DNA of 64,000 nucleotides from an uncultured Planctomycetota bacterium (GTDB taxonomy: Bacteria > Planctomycetota > PLA2 > JAEUHO01): assembly GCA_963752285.1 (NCBI GenBank), contig CAVVXN010000004.1, forward strand, positions 185,704 through 249,703. The letters run 5' to 3'. The stretch's first letter is position 1, and each line of letters starts with the position of its first letter. The notes below the pieces were generated by a model. The model was not told where the DNA came from. It saw only the letters and a program-made list of their open reading frames with translations, and did no database searches. Shown here piece by piece: positions 45,823 to 56,448 of the stretch. A program made the position numbers and the translations under genes.

Positions 45823-46562
45823 GCGACGCCGCCGCGGGCCGGTCCGTCGTCGTCGTCGCGTCGGAGGAGACCGCGGCGGCCTGGGCCGCGGCGCTTTGCG
45901 GCGAGGGGTTCGAGGCCGAGGCGCTCCCGTGGAGCCGCATCGAGGGCGTCGCTTCGGAGCCCGAGACCGCGGCGGCCGCGGCCGGAGGCGCCTTCGACCG
46001 GATCCTCCTCACGAGCGCGAGCGCGGTCCGGTTCCTCCCCGGGGCGACCCCGCGCCGGGTGGCCGCGGCGTGCGTTGGCGAGCGCACGGCGGACGCGGCC
46101 CGCCGGGCGGGCCTCGAGGTCGCCGAGGTCGGGTCGGGCACCGCCGAGGACCTGGCGGAGGCCCTCGTCTCGGGCGGCGCGGCGCGGCGCGTCCTCTTCC
46201 TCCGGGCCCGCGACGCGCGGTCCGAGGCGGCGTCGGCGCTCCGGGCCGGCGGCGTGACCGTGGTCGAGGTCGTGGTGTACGAGGCGCGGCCCGACCCCGG
46301 GTTCGCCGAACGGGTCGCCGTGGCCTCCGCGCCCGGCGCGTTCGTGGTGGGGAGCCCCGCCGGGGGCGAGGCCCTCGCCCGCGCGATCGCGAGGGCCGGG
46401 CGCACGGACCTCGCCGCGCGGACCGTGGTTGCGGTGGGGCCTCGCACCGCGCGGTCCCTCGCCGACATCGGATTCTGCCGCGTCGAGATCGCCGGTGCGC
46501 CCGGGCCCGAAGGCCTTTCGGCCGCCCTCCACCGGGTCTTCCGGGCCGAACCTTCCCGCTAG
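45819..46562 (+). CDS. hemD: Uroporphyrinogen-III synthase
   Basis: LTSASAV, VGERTA, VVVYE and VGPRTA. Lies between hemC and hemB. Confidence 0.8.
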   Translation: MSDAAAGRSVVVVASEETAAAWAAALCGEGFEAEALPWSRIEGVASEPETAAAAAGGAFDRILLTSASAVRFLPGATPRRVAAACVGERTADAARRAGLEVAEVGSGTAEDLAEALVSGGAARRVLFLRARDARSEAASALRAGGVTVVEVVVYEARPDPGFAERVAVASAPGAFVVGSPAGGEALARAIARAGRTDLAARTVVAVGPRTARSLADIGFCRVEIAGAPGPEGLSAALHRVFRAEPSR

Positions 46563-46589
46563 GCGTCCCCTGCGGTTCCATGGGCCGCC

Positions 46590-47576
46590 ATGGACCCCCA
46601 CCGCCCGCGGCGTCTGCGCCGCACTCCGGGCCTCCGCCGACTGGCGAGGGAGACCCGGCTCCACCCCTCCAACCTGATCGCGCCCCTCTTCGTCGAGACC
46701 GGCCGCGGGAAACGGATCGAGATCGCGTCCCTCCCGGGACAGACCCGCTACTCGGCCGACACGGTGGTCGAGAAGGCGCGTGCGCTTCACGACCTCGGGG
46801 TCGGCGGCGTGATCCTCTTCGGCGTGCCCGACGCGAAGGACGCCGAGGGGACCAGCGGCTACGACCCCGAGGGCCCGGTGCCGCAGGCGCTCCGCGCCCT
46901 CCGGGACGCGGTCCCCGGACTCGTGCGCATGGCGGACGTGTGCCTTTGCGAGTACACCGACCACGGCCACTGCGGCATCCTCGACGAGACGAAGGAGAGC
47001 GTGGACAACGACCGGACCCTGCCTCTCCTGGGCCGCGAGGCCGTCGTGTACGCGGCGGCCGGCGCCGACGTCGTCGCGCCCTCCGCGATGATGGACGGTC
47101 AGGTCGATGCGATCCGGACCGCGCTGGACGACGAGGGGCACGCGGAGGTGCCGATCCTCGCGTACGCGGCGAAGACGGCGTCGGCGTTCTACGGACCGTT
47201 CCGCGACGCCGCGGGCAGCCGGCCCGGCAGGGGCGACCGCCGCGGCTACCAGATGGACGCGGCGAACCGGCGCGAGGCGTTCCGGGAGATGGCCCTCGAC
47301 CTCGAGGAGGGCGCCGACGCGCTCATGGTGAAGCCCGCGGGACCGAATCTCGACTTGATCCGGGACGCCGCGGAGGCGTTCGACGTGCCGATCGCGGCCT
47401 ACCAGGTGAGCGGCGAGTACGCGATGCTCCACGCCGCCGCCCGGGCGGGCGCGCTCGATCTCGACGCGGCCACGTACGAGAGCCTCCTCGGCATCCGCCG
47501 CGCGGGGGCGCGGTGGATCCTGACCTACTTCGCAGAGACCGCGGCGCGCGCCCTCGAGGAGGGCCGATGGGAGTGA
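46590..47576 (+). CDS. hemB: Porphobilinogen synthase (Zn-binding type)
   Basis: RPRRLR, DVCLCEYTDHGHCG, APSAMMDG, SAFYGPFRDA, MVKP and AYQVSGEY. Confidence 0.96.
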   Translation: MDPHRPRRLRRTPGLRRLARETRLHPSNLIAPLFVETGRGKRIEIASLPGQTRYSADTVVEKARALHDLGVGGVILFGVPDAKDAEGTSGYDPEGPVPQALRALRDAVPGLVRMADVCLCEYTDHGHCGILDETKESVDNDRTLPLLGREAVVYAAAGADVVAPSAMMDGQVDAIRTALDDEGHAEVPILAYAAKTASAFYGPFRDAAGSRPGRGDRRGYQMDAANRREAFREMALDLEEGADALMVKPAGPNLDLIRDAAEAFDVPIAAYQVSGEYAMLHAAARAGALDLDAATYESLLGIRRAGARWILTYFAETAARALEEGRWE

Positions 47577-47580
47577 GCGG

Positions 47581-48888
47581 ATGACGACGACCTCGACGGT
47601 GGGGGGCGTGGGGCCGCGCAGCCGTGCGCTGAACCGCCTGGCCCGCGAGCTGTTCCCGGGCGGGGTCTCGAGCCCCGTCCGCGCCTTCCAGAGCGTCGGC
47701 GGCGAGCCGCCCGTGATCCGCCGCGCGATGGGCGCGCTCCTGACGGACGTGGACGGGCGCATCTACGTGGACCTCGTCGGGTCGTGGGGGCCGATGATCC
47801 TCGGCCACGGCTACCGCGAGGTGGTCCTCTCCGTCGAGGAGCGGGTACGCCGCGGCGTCTCGACGGGTACGCCCTCGCCCGACGAGGTGCGCCTCGGCCG
47901 CCGGATCCAGAAGATGCTGCCCGTCGTCGAGAAGCTGCGGTTCGTCGTGTCCGGGACGGAAGCGTGCATGTCGGCGCTGCGCCTCTCCCGCGCGGCCACG
48001 GGACGCGACATGGTCCTGAAGTTCAAGGGCTGCTACCACGGACACGCCGACGCGTTCCTGACGTCGGCCGGCTCCGGCGCGCTCACGTTCGGCACGCCCG
48101 ACAGTCCCGGCGTCCCCGCCGACGTGGCGAAGGACACGCTGACGGTGCCGTACAACGACCTCGCCGCGGTCGAGGCCGCGCTCGAGGCGAACGCCGGGCG
48201 GGTGGCCGCGATCTTCGTGGAGCCCGTGGCGGGCAACATGGGCGTGATCCTGCCCGTCCCGGGGTTCCTCGAGGGCCTCCGTTCGCTGGCCGACCGGCAC
48301 GGCGCGCTCCTCGTCTTCGACGAGGTCATGACCGGGTTCCGCGTGCACCTGTGTGGCGCGACGGGCCTGACGGGCGTGCGCCCCGACCTCGTCACGTTGG
48401 GCAAGGTCATCGGCGGCGGCTTCCCCGTCGCCGCGTACGGCGGGCGTGCGGATCTGCTCGACCGGGTCGCGCCGGCGGGTCCCGTCTACCAGGCGGGGAC
48501 GCTCGCGGGAAACCCCGTCGCGATGACCGCGGGCAACGCGACGCTCCGCGCCCTCGGGCGGCCCGGCGTGTTCTCGCGCATCGAGCACGCGGCCGCCCGG
48601 CTCGCCGACGGCCTCGAGGACGGTTGTCGCGCCGCGGGCGTGAAGGGCGTGGTCGCGCGCGCGGGCACGATGCTCTCACTCTGGTTCTCGGACCGGCTGC
48701 CGAAGAACCTCGACGAAGCCCGCGCGACGGACGTCGAGCGATTCGCGCGCTACCACGCCGCGATGCTCCGCAACGGCGTTCACCTCCCCCCGAGCGCGTT
48801 CGAGGCGTGGTTCGTCTCGCTCGCGCACACCGACGAGGTCGTCGATCGGGTCCTCGAAGCCCACCACCGCGCGCTCGCGGGCGCCTGA
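47581..48888 (+). CDS. hemL: Glutamate-1-semialdehyde 2,1-aminomutase
   Basis: PGGVSSPVRAF, SGTEA, GCYHGH, FDEVMTGFR, GKVIGGG and YQAGTL.GNP. Confidence 0.96.
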   Translation: MTTTSTVGGVGPRSRALNRLARELFPGGVSSPVRAFQSVGGEPPVIRRAMGALLTDVDGRIYVDLVGSWGPMILGHGYREVVLSVEERVRRGVSTGTPSPDEVRLGRRIQKMLPVVEKLRFVVSGTEACMSALRLSRAATGRDMVLKFKGCYHGHADAFLTSAGSGALTFGTPDSPGVPADVAKDTLTVPYNDLAAVEAALEANAGRVAAIFVEPVAGNMGVILPVPGFLEGLRSLADRHGALLVFDEVMTGFRVHLCGATGLTGVRPDLVTLGKVIGGGFPVAAYGGRADLLDRVAPAGPVYQAGTLAGNPVAMTAGNATLRALGRPGVFSRIEHAAARLADGLEDGCRAAGVKGVVARAGTMLSLWFSDRLPKNLDEARATDVERFARYHAAMLRNGVHLPPSAFEAWFVSLAHTDEVVDRVLEAHHRALAGA

Positions 48889-48911
48889 CGCGAGATCTCC
48901 GGAGGCCCCTC

Positions 48912-51899
48912 ATGCGCCGCGCCGCCCGATGTCTCGGACTCCTCCTCGTCGGGCTGGGCGCCCAGGTCGCGCGCGCCGACCCGCCCCCCGAGGGCCAGAC
49001 GTACACGCCGGAGGAGCTCCGGGCGATCGACCGCGCGCTCCACGCCGTGAACGCGACGCGCGCGGACTTGAGGTTTCGGAAGGACGTCGCGCAGGGGAAG
49101 GCGTCGCTGCCCCTCGTGCGGCGGCTCCTCGATGATCCCCTCGAGATCGCGCCGGCCATGGACCGCGCGGTGCGCGACGAGCTCGCGCTCGAGAAGGACG
49201 CCGGGCCCGCCGTGGCCCTGCTCCTCGAGGCCGCGAGCCTGCTCGACGAAGACGAGTTCGACGACGCGCACCGCGCGGGGGCGGCGCGCGTCGCCAGGGA
49301 CGCCGCGTTGGCCGATCCCGCGGTTCCCGACGGACCCCAGGCGCTCCTCGACGCGCTCGCCCGCACGCTCGACGACAGCCGGCGGTGGGTCCTCCTCGGG
49401 GAGGACCCCATGGAGGAGCCCTCGGCCGACGACGCGCGCCTCGTCTCGCTGCGCCTCGCACTCCCGCCCTCGATGGCGCTCCACGACGTGTTCGCCTCGC
49501 CCTTCGACGCGGAGACCACGGCGAAGGAGAAGAAGGCGGCGGAGGCCCGGCCCCCGTCCTGGCTCGACGACCTCGCGTCGCGCATCGACACGGCCGAGCT
49601 GGTGCGGTGGTGGCTCGAGCGGTTCCACGCGCCGCGAACGTGGCTCGGCCGGTTGCCCCTCTCGCTCTTCCCGACCGACCACCCGCTGGTGATGGACACC
49701 CCGCACGGGCGGGTCGCGCTCGGGACGCCCGGCGACGACGTCTACCACGGCGACTACGCGATCCTGATCGACCCCGCGGGGAACGACCGCTACATCGGCT
49801 GCCGGATCGGCGCCGCCGAGGGCTCGCCGGGACACCGCATCGGCTTCTTCGCCGACCTCGGCGGCGACGACGTGTACGACTGTGGCGACGTGGACGTGAC
49901 GCTCGGCGCCGCGATCCTCGGGATCGCCGCGTTCTACGACCTCGGGGCGGGCAACGACCGCTACGTCGGCGGCTACGCGTCGCTCGGCGCCGCGATGGGC
50001 GGCGTGGCCGTCTTCGTGGACGACGGCGGCTCCGACGTCTACGAGGGCAAGGCCTTCACACAGGGCGCGGCGGGATTCGGCATCGGCATCTTCCTCGACG
50101 ACGCCGTCCAGGACCGGCCCGTCGTCCCCACGGACCAGGAGACCGCCGACCCGATCCACATCGGGCTCTTCGACAACGACCGCCTCCACGCGTGGTGCTG
50201 TGCGCAGGCCTTCGCGCGGTGCCGCGGCGTCGCTCTCTGCGTGAACCGGCGGGGCAACGACGTGTACGAGGCCGGCGGCGTGTACCTCGACGCGCCGCTC
50301 TTCCCCGATCGCTACCAGTCCTTCTCGCAGGGGTTCGCGATCGGCGACCGCGAGGTGGACTACGCGGGCGGGATCGCCCTCCTGATCGACCACGAGGGGA
50401 ACGACCGCTACCTCGGCGACATCTACGACCAGGGCGTCGGCTACTGGTACTCGGCCGGCCTCCTCTGGGACGGCGGCGGCAACGACCTGTACGAGATGAC
50501 GCAGTACGGGCAGGGCAGCGGCATCCACCTCGCGGTGGGGGGGCTGGTGGACGTCGCGGGGAACGACACGTACGTCATGCACTCGGGACTCGGGCAGGGA
50601 GGGAGCCACGACTACGCGGACAGCGTCCTCCACGACCGCGGAGGCAGCGACCGCTACCTCGGCAACACGTCGTGCAACGGGACGGGGCTCACGAACGCGG
50701 TGGGCCTCTTCATCGACCGCGCGGGAGACGACCTCTACGCCGCGCGGCGCGGAGGCAGCCTGAACGGCGGGCGACCCGCTCGGGGCTTCCCGAGCCTGGG
50801 CCTCTTCGTGGACCTCGGCGGCCACGACGACTATCTGGGCGTCATGAAGGACGACGAGACCTGGCGGTCGAGTGACGTCGGCGTCGGCGTGGACGTCCCG
50901 CCGCCGGCCGGGAAGGACGACGGTTCCTACACGGCCGGGCCCGACCGGCCGAGCGAGGACGTCCAGATCCCCGACGTCGTGACGTCGGCCGGGCCGCTCT
51001 CCGACGCGTCGTTCGAGGCGCTGTGGGCGCTCGCGTGCCGGTGGGAGGTGGGGGACAACCGGGTGATCGTCCCCGCGGCGCGAAAGCGCCTGGTCTCGTT
51101 CGGCCCCGCCGTGCTCGAGCGCATGGACGCGAAGGTCGGAAGCGACACCTACGGTCTCGACCTCCGCGCCTTCGTGGACGTGCTCCGCGGCCTCGAGGAG
51201 AACGGCGCCACCGACCCGGTCACGCGGTTCCTCGAGAAGAACGCCCGGTCGCCCGACGGCGCCCGTCGCCGGTCGGCGCTCTACCTGATCGGGGAGCTCG
51301 AAGCGAGGCCGCTCGAGGGCATCGTCGTCTCGTTCCTCGGCGACCGCGACCGCGCGCTCCGCCTCCGCGCGGCCTCCGTGCTCGCGAGCCTCCACAGCCA
51401 CGCCGGAGACCCCGTCCTGCGTCGCTGGCTCGCGCCCGGCCAAGACGAGCGCGAGGTGCGCGCGGCCCTCGCGGTGCTGATCGGGCTCGGCGCCGACGCG
51501 TACGACGCGGCGCGGCCCCTCCTTGCGCATCCGCTCTTCACGGTCCGCGGGTCGCTCGCGGGCCACCTCGCGGCCCAGCTCGAGACGTACCGCGCCCGGA
51601 TGATCGCCGACCTCGGAGACGCCAAGCTCTCGCCCCGCGCGCGGCGCACGCTCCTCGACGCGTTCGTCCGCGCCCCCGGCCCGGTCCCGATGGACCTCGT
51701 GGCCGCCGCCCTGGCGCTCTTCGACGACGCCGACTGGGGCATGCGCGCGGACGCCGTCCGCGTCCTCCGACACGTCGCCGAGGACGAGAAGGACGCCCCG
51801 GAGGTCCGGGCGGCCGCGCGGGACGCCGTGGCCGCGTGCCTCGAGCACGAGACCGACCCCTACGTCCGATTCGTCGGCCAGGCCTCCGGCGACCGCTGA
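48912..51899 (+). CDS. Secreted protein with DxxGxDxY repeats and C-terminal HEAT repeats
   Basis: GGAGG then ATG 48912, a signal peptide, more than ten D..G(N/D/S)D.Y units and a HEAT-like tail. Confidence 0.8.
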   Translation: MRRAARCLGLLLVGLGAQVARADPPPEGQTYTPEELRAIDRALHAVNATRADLRFRKDVAQGKASLPLVRRLLDDPLEIAPAMDRAVRDELALEKDAGPAVALLLEAASLLDEDEFDDAHRAGAARVARDAALADPAVPDGPQALLDALARTLDDSRRWVLLGEDPMEEPSADDARLVSLRLALPPSMALHDVFASPFDAETTAKEKKAAEARPPSWLDDLASRIDTAELVRWWLERFHAPRTWLGRLPLSLFPTDHPLVMDTPHGRVALGTPGDDVYHGDYAILIDPAGNDRYIGCRIGAAEGSPGHRIGFFADLGGDDVYDCGDVDVTLGAAILGIAAFYDLGAGNDRYVGGYASLGAAMGGVAVFVDDGGSDVYEGKAFTQGAAGFGIGIFLDDAVQDRPVVPTDQETADPIHIGLFDNDRLHAWCCAQAFARCRGVALCVNRRGNDVYEAGGVYLDAPLFPDRYQSFSQGFAIGDREVDYAGGIALLIDHEGNDRYLGDIYDQGVGYWYSAGLLWDGGGNDLYEMTQYGQGSGIHLAVGGLVDVAGNDTYVMHSGLGQGGSHDYADSVLHDRGGSDRYLGNTSCNGTGLTNAVGLFIDRAGDDLYAARRGGSLNGGRPARGFPSLGLFVDLGGHDDYLGVMKDDETWRSSDVGVGVDVPPPAGKDDGSYTAGPDRPSEDVQIPDVVTSAGPLSDASFEALWALACRWEVGDNRVIVPAARKRLVSFGPAVLERMDAKVGSDTYGLDLRAFVDVLRGLEENGATDPVTRFLEKNARSPDGARRRSALYLIGELEARPLEGIVVSFLGDRDRALRLRAASVLASLHSHAGDPVLRRWLAPGQDEREVRAALAVLIGLGADAYDAARPLLAHPLFTVRGSLAGHLAAQLETYRARMIADLGDAKLSPRARRTLLDAFVRAPGPVPMDLVAAALALFDDADWGMRADAVRVLRHVAEDEKDAPEVRAAARDAVAACLEHETDPYVRFVGQASGDR

Positions 51900-51981
51900 C
51901 CGGCCGGCGGTCGGCGCGCGAGGCGCGGTCCCCGGTCCCGAGACTACGATTCCCCCTTCGCCCCGACCCGAGGAACGCCCG

Positions 51982-54705
51982 ATGCGCCGACTCTCCCTCC
52001 TCGCCCTCCTGGCCCTCTCCCTCCTCGGGACCCGGGCCGTCCTGGCCGACGACGCGGTCGGCACCGGGAAGAAGGCCGCGCCCGCGGCGGGCGCGCTCTA
52101 CCAGGACACCCTGGACAACGGCCTCCAGGTCGTCGTCGAGGAGCGCCACGCCCTCCCGATCGTTCACGTCCGGGCCCTGATGCGGATCGGGTCGCTGTAC
52201 GAGGGGCCCTACCTCGGGTGCGGGCTGTCTCACTACATGGAGCACATCGTGTCGGGCGGCTCGACACGCCGCCAGGAGAAGGGGGAGGACGGCCAGCTCC
52301 ACTGGGTCGGTCGGACGGAGCCGGAGAACGAGAAGCTCTTGAAGTCGATCGGCTCCGACTCGAACGCCTCGACCTACTTCAACTACACCAACTTCTTCAT
52401 CACGACGAAGGGCGAGATGGAGGAGACGGCGATCGACCTGATCTCGGACTACCTCCAGCACTGCCAGTTCGACCCGACCGAGGTGGCGCGCGAGCAGCGC
52501 GTCGTCCAGCAGGAGCTGCTCCGCAACCTCGACAACCCGGCGCGCGCCGTCTCGCAGCTCTTCGCGGAGACCCTGCTGCACGTGCATCCCGCGCGCGTCC
52601 CCGTGATCGGCTACCAGGACTGCATCCAGCGCGTGACCCGCGAGGACATGCTGGACTTCTACCACGAGCACTACACCCCGCAGAACTGCGTGGTCTCGAT
52701 CGTCGGCGACGTGGACGGCCCGAAGACGCTCGAGCTCGTGCGGCACTACTTCGGCGCGTGGAAGCGGAAGCCGCTCGCGCCGTACCAGATTCCCCAGGAG
52801 CCCGAGCAGACCGGGGAGCGGTGGGTCGAGAAGGAGCACGGCTCGACCAAGAGCTGTCGCGTCCAGCTCGGCGTGCCGACGGTCTCGCTCCTGGACCCGG
52901 ACCTGTACGCGCTCGACATGCTGGCGAACGTGCTCGGCGGGAGCCCGAGCGCCCGGTTGCCGCGCATCTTCGAGCACGACCCGAGGCGGACGCCGCACGC
53001 GACGGGCGTGAGCGCGTGGGACTGGACGCCCGTTTTCGGCGCGGGCCGCCTCGGCGTCTCGTTCGAGGCCGAGACGCCCGACGACGCCCGGACCCTGGTC
53101 CACCAGATGTGGGACGAGATGAAGCGGCTCCAGGAGCAGCCGGTCGGCCCCGACGAGATCCAGCGCGCGCTCCAGGGCGTCGAGCGCAACTACTACGCCT
53201 CGCGCGCGGACCTGGAGGAGCGCGCCCAGAGCCTCGCCATGAACGTCGCCTGGCTCGCCGACGCGCACTTCGACGACACGTACCTCGAGAAGATCCGTCA
53301 GGTGACGCCCGAGCAGATCCGCGACGCCGCGCGGAGGTATCTGGTCGATGCGCACCTGAACGTCGTGATCCTGACGCCGCCCGGGGGCGCGCGGACCCAC
53401 GAGGCGGGCGCCGCGGGAGAGCGCGAGAGCGAGGCGAAGGAGGTCACCCTCGACAACGGGTTGACGGTCCTCCTGAAGCGCGTCCCCGGGTACGGGCTCG
53501 TCAACGTCGTGGCGGGATTCAACGGCGGCGTGATCTACGAGGACGCGTCCACGAGCGGCCTGTTCACCCTGATGGCGAACTCGTTCTGGCGGGGTACGAA
53601 GAACCGGCCCTATCCCGACCTCATGCGGGAGATGGACGGGATCGGCATGTCCCTCGGCGCGTCGTCTCACAACAACGTGTGGTTCGTGAGGATGCAGTCG
53701 CTCGCGGACGAGGTGGATCCGGCCCTCGGCGTCTTTGCCGACGTCCTGACGGCGCCGGCGATCGACCCCGCCTGGGTGGACCGGTTGAAGGGCTACATCC
53801 TGACCCAGGTGCTCCCGAATCGCGCCGTAGACGCCGACCAGATCGCCCAGGAGACCTTGCGCGCCAACCTGTACGTCGAGAGCCCGTACCGTCGCGACGC
53901 GTTCGGTACCCCGGAGAGCGTGGCGAGCTTCGACGTCGCGAAGGTGCGCGACCTCTACGAGAAGTTCGGGCGGCCGAACAACTGCGTCCTCGCCGTGTAC
54001 GGCGACATCGACCTCGACCGGACGGAGGCGCTCGTTCGCCGCCTCTTCGACGGCTGGGAGAAGGGCGAGATCCCGCACTCCCTCGTGACCGAGGACCCGG
54101 GCCTCGCCGAGTCCAAGACCATCGAGCTGGTGAACCGCCAGGTGCGAACGAACTACGTCCTCGGGTGGCGCGCCTTCGGTCGCCAGGACCAGGAGCGCCG
54201 CGCTGCGGTGGCGGTGATGAGTGCGATCATGGGCGCGCGCGGCTGGCTCCACCAGCGGCTTCGCGAAGGTTCGGCCGACTACGTCTACTCCGTGTACAGC
54301 GCGGCGTATCCGGGCGACCAGGTCGGCCACTTCTTCATCGACACCGATTTCCAGCCGAAGGACGAGACGAAGGTGCTCTCGATCATCGACGGGGTCGTCG
54401 CCGACATGAAGGCCGGCCACTTCACGGACGACGATCTCGCGCTGGCCAAGACGATGCTCGTCTGCGACGAGGCCCTCCAGAAGAAGGACCTCGACTCGCT
54501 CGCGGAGGGCGACGCCCTGAACGTCCTCTACGGCGAGGGCCTCGACGCCGACGCGAAGTTCTACGCGCGCGTCAAGGCCGTCACCCGAGACGACGTCGTG
54601 AAGGTGGCCGAGGAGATCTTCTCGCGACCGGAGTGCCGAATCCTCGTTCGACCGAAGGTGGAGCAGACCGGCCCCGCGCCCGCCTCCTCCCCCGCGGGAT
54701 CGTGA
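51982..54705 (+). CDS. Secreted M16 (pitrilysin-like) zinc peptidase with two fused halves
   Basis: Inverted zincin motif HYMEH in the N-half. The second half (TLDNGL repeated) lacks it. Confidence 0.92.
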   Translation: MRRLSLLALLALSLLGTRAVLADDAVGTGKKAAPAAGALYQDTLDNGLQVVVEERHALPIVHVRALMRIGSLYEGPYLGCGLSHYMEHIVSGGSTRRQEKGEDGQLHWVGRTEPENEKLLKSIGSDSNASTYFNYTNFFITTKGEMEETAIDLISDYLQHCQFDPTEVAREQRVVQQELLRNLDNPARAVSQLFAETLLHVHPARVPVIGYQDCIQRVTREDMLDFYHEHYTPQNCVVSIVGDVDGPKTLELVRHYFGAWKRKPLAPYQIPQEPEQTGERWVEKEHGSTKSCRVQLGVPTVSLLDPDLYALDMLANVLGGSPSARLPRIFEHDPRRTPHATGVSAWDWTPVFGAGRLGVSFEAETPDDARTLVHQMWDEMKRLQEQPVGPDEIQRALQGVERNYYASRADLEERAQSLAMNVAWLADAHFDDTYLEKIRQVTPEQIRDAARRYLVDAHLNVVILTPPGGARTHEAGAAGERESEAKEVTLDNGLTVLLKRVPGYGLVNVVAGFNGGVIYEDASTSGLFTLMANSFWRGTKNRPYPDLMREMDGIGMSLGASSHNNVWFVRMQSLADEVDPALGVFADVLTAPAIDPAWVDRLKGYILTQVLPNRAVDADQIAQETLRANLYVESPYRRDAFGTPESVASFDVAKVRDLYEKFGRPNNCVLAVYGDIDLDRTEALVRRLFDGWEKGEIPHSLVTEDPGLAESKTIELVNRQVRTNYVLGWRAFGRQDQERRAAVAVMSAIMGARGWLHQRLREGSADYVYSVYSAAYPGDQVGHFFIDTDFQPKDETKVLSIIDGVVADMKAGHFTDDDLALAKTMLVCDEALQKKDLDSLAEGDALNVLYGEGLDADAKFYARVKAVTRDDVVKVAEEIFSRPECRILVRPKVEQTGPAPASSPAGS

Positions 54706-54733
54706 CCAAGGCGCCGGGCCGCCGCGGCGCGAC

Positions 54734-56440
54734 ATGTGCGTGGCCGAGGACCCGGTTGGCGCGGATGCGACCCCGGGCTTCGGGCCGGGCTGGTACGAGG
54801 CGAACGCGGACCGTCTCGGCTACGGACCGCGCACCGCGGCGCTGGACCCCGAGCGCCTCGCGTACCTGGAGCGGTGGGTCACCGGTTCCGTGCTGGACGT
54901 CGGGTGCGGGACCGGACTCTACGTGGACGCCCTGGCGCGAACCGGTCACGACGCGCACGGCGTGGACTTCGCGCCGGCGCTCCTCGACGCGGCGCGGCGA
55001 CGCGGGCGAGGCACGTTCTACCTGGGGCGGGCCGAGCGGCTCCCCTTCGGCGACCTGTCCTTCGACACGGTCCTCGCGCTCGACGTCCTCGAGCACGTGG
55101 CCGACGATGGCGCGGTCCTGGGCGAGCTCGCGCGCGTCGCGCGGGACCGGGTGCTGGTCGTCGTCCCGGCCCGCACGCCCGACGACCTGAGGCGCACCGG
55201 CCTCGTGTTCCGTCCGGACGAGGATCCGTCCCACCGACGCACGTACGACGCCCCGGACCTCACGCGCCGCCTGGACGCCGCGGGACTAGAACCCCTCGCG
55301 GTGGAGGGCGTGGGGCGCGTGGACGTGAACGGGTTCCTCCTGCGGACGATCCGCTTCGAGCGGCGGGGCGTCTCGCGGCTGTTCTTCCGGTTCCTCTTCA
55401 AGGCGCTCCGCTACGCGCGGGTCCGGCGGGAACCGACCGGATGGCTGGCCGTGGCCCGGCCGCGTCCGACGAGGGCGGCGCCGCCGCGCCGTGCGCTCGC
55501 GACGGTCCTCGCCCTGGCCGCGCTGCTCCTCGGCGCGTGCGCCCGGACATCCATCCCGCCTCCGCTCGCGCCCGCCGAGGCGCCATGCGCGGTCGCCGAC
55601 CCCTACGCGCCCGGGCCGTACGGCGCCGCGACCGAGAAGGTCGCGTGGGGGACGGCGGGGGCGCCCGCGACACTCCGCGTCCACCGTCCGGTGCGGGGCG
55701 AGGGGCCGTGGCCCGTGGTCGTGCTCCTGCACGGCTTCGGGGCGTCGGACGCCTCGTACGACGACGTCGCGCGTCACCTCGCGTCCCACGGGTTCGTGGT
55801 GGTCCTGCCGCAGATGTACGAGCCGGGGCCCCTGGCGCTCGTGCACGTGCCGACCGTGGACGCGGAGGCGACCGTGGTCGAGCGCGTCCTCGCCTGGCTC
55901 GAGGACGGTCTCCCCGTGGCGGCGCACGTGCAGGTGGACCGCGCGCGGACGGGTCTCGCGGGCCACTCGCGCGGGGGGCGCGTCGCGTGGCGCCTCGTCC
56001 GCGCCGACCCGCACGCGGTTCGGGCGGTCGCCCTTCTCGACCCGGTGGACGGGGGGAGCGGCCTCGTGCGACACGCACGCCCGGACGCCGACCGGCCCAA
56101 CCCGTATGCGGGCCCCGTGCTCGTCCTGGGGGCGGGCGTCGGCGGGCGGTGCGCGCCCGCCGACCGAAACCACGACCGGTTCGCCGCGTCCGCGGGACCC
56201 CGCGCGCTCCACCTCCTCGTCCCCGGCATGGGCCACGTGGACTTCCTCGACGAGGCGGCCGCGCGGCGCGCGGCCCTGCTCTGCGGCGGGGGCCCGAACC
56301 GCGGGTCGTCGCGGCGGCTCGTGGGCGGCCTCCTCGTCGCGTTCTTCGGCTCGACGCTCGCGAACCGCCCCGACCTCGCGGCCGCCCTGAGCTCGCCCGC
56401 GGCCGCCCCCCGGCCCTTCGTGGTGCTCTCCGCGAGGTGA
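54734..56440 (+). CDS. Class I methyltransferase in frame with a chlorophyllase/cutinase-like alpha/beta hydrolase
   Basis: VLDVGCGTG and DVLEHV in the N-part, internal LLGAC, then LLHGF, HLASHGFVV, GHSRGG, LDPVD and GHVDF. Confidence 0.75.
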   Translation: MCVAEDPVGADATPGFGPGWYEANADRLGYGPRTAALDPERLAYLERWVTGSVLDVGCGTGLYVDALARTGHDAHGVDFAPALLDAARRRGRGTFYLGRAERLPFGDLSFDTVLALDVLEHVADDGAVLGELARVARDRVLVVVPARTPDDLRRTGLVFRPDEDPSHRRTYDAPDLTRRLDAAGLEPLAVEGVGRVDVNGFLLRTIRFERRGVSRLFFRFLFKALRYARVRREPTGWLAVARPRPTRAAPPRRALATVLALAALLLGACARTSIPPPLAPAEAPCAVADPYAPGPYGAATEKVAWGTAGAPATLRVHRPVRGEGPWPVVVLLHGFGASDASYDDVARHLASHGFVVVLPQMYEPGPLALVHVPTVDAEATVVERVLAWLEDGLPVAAHVQVDRARTGLAGHSRGGRVAWRLVRADPHAVRAVALLDPVDGGSGLVRHARPDADRPNPYAGPVLVLGAGVGGRCAPADRNHDRFAASAGPRALHLLVPGMGHVDFLDEAAARRAALLCGGGPNRGSSRRLVGGLLVAFFGSTLANRPDLAAALSSPAAAPRPFVVLSAR

Positions 56441-56448
56441 CCCGGGTC

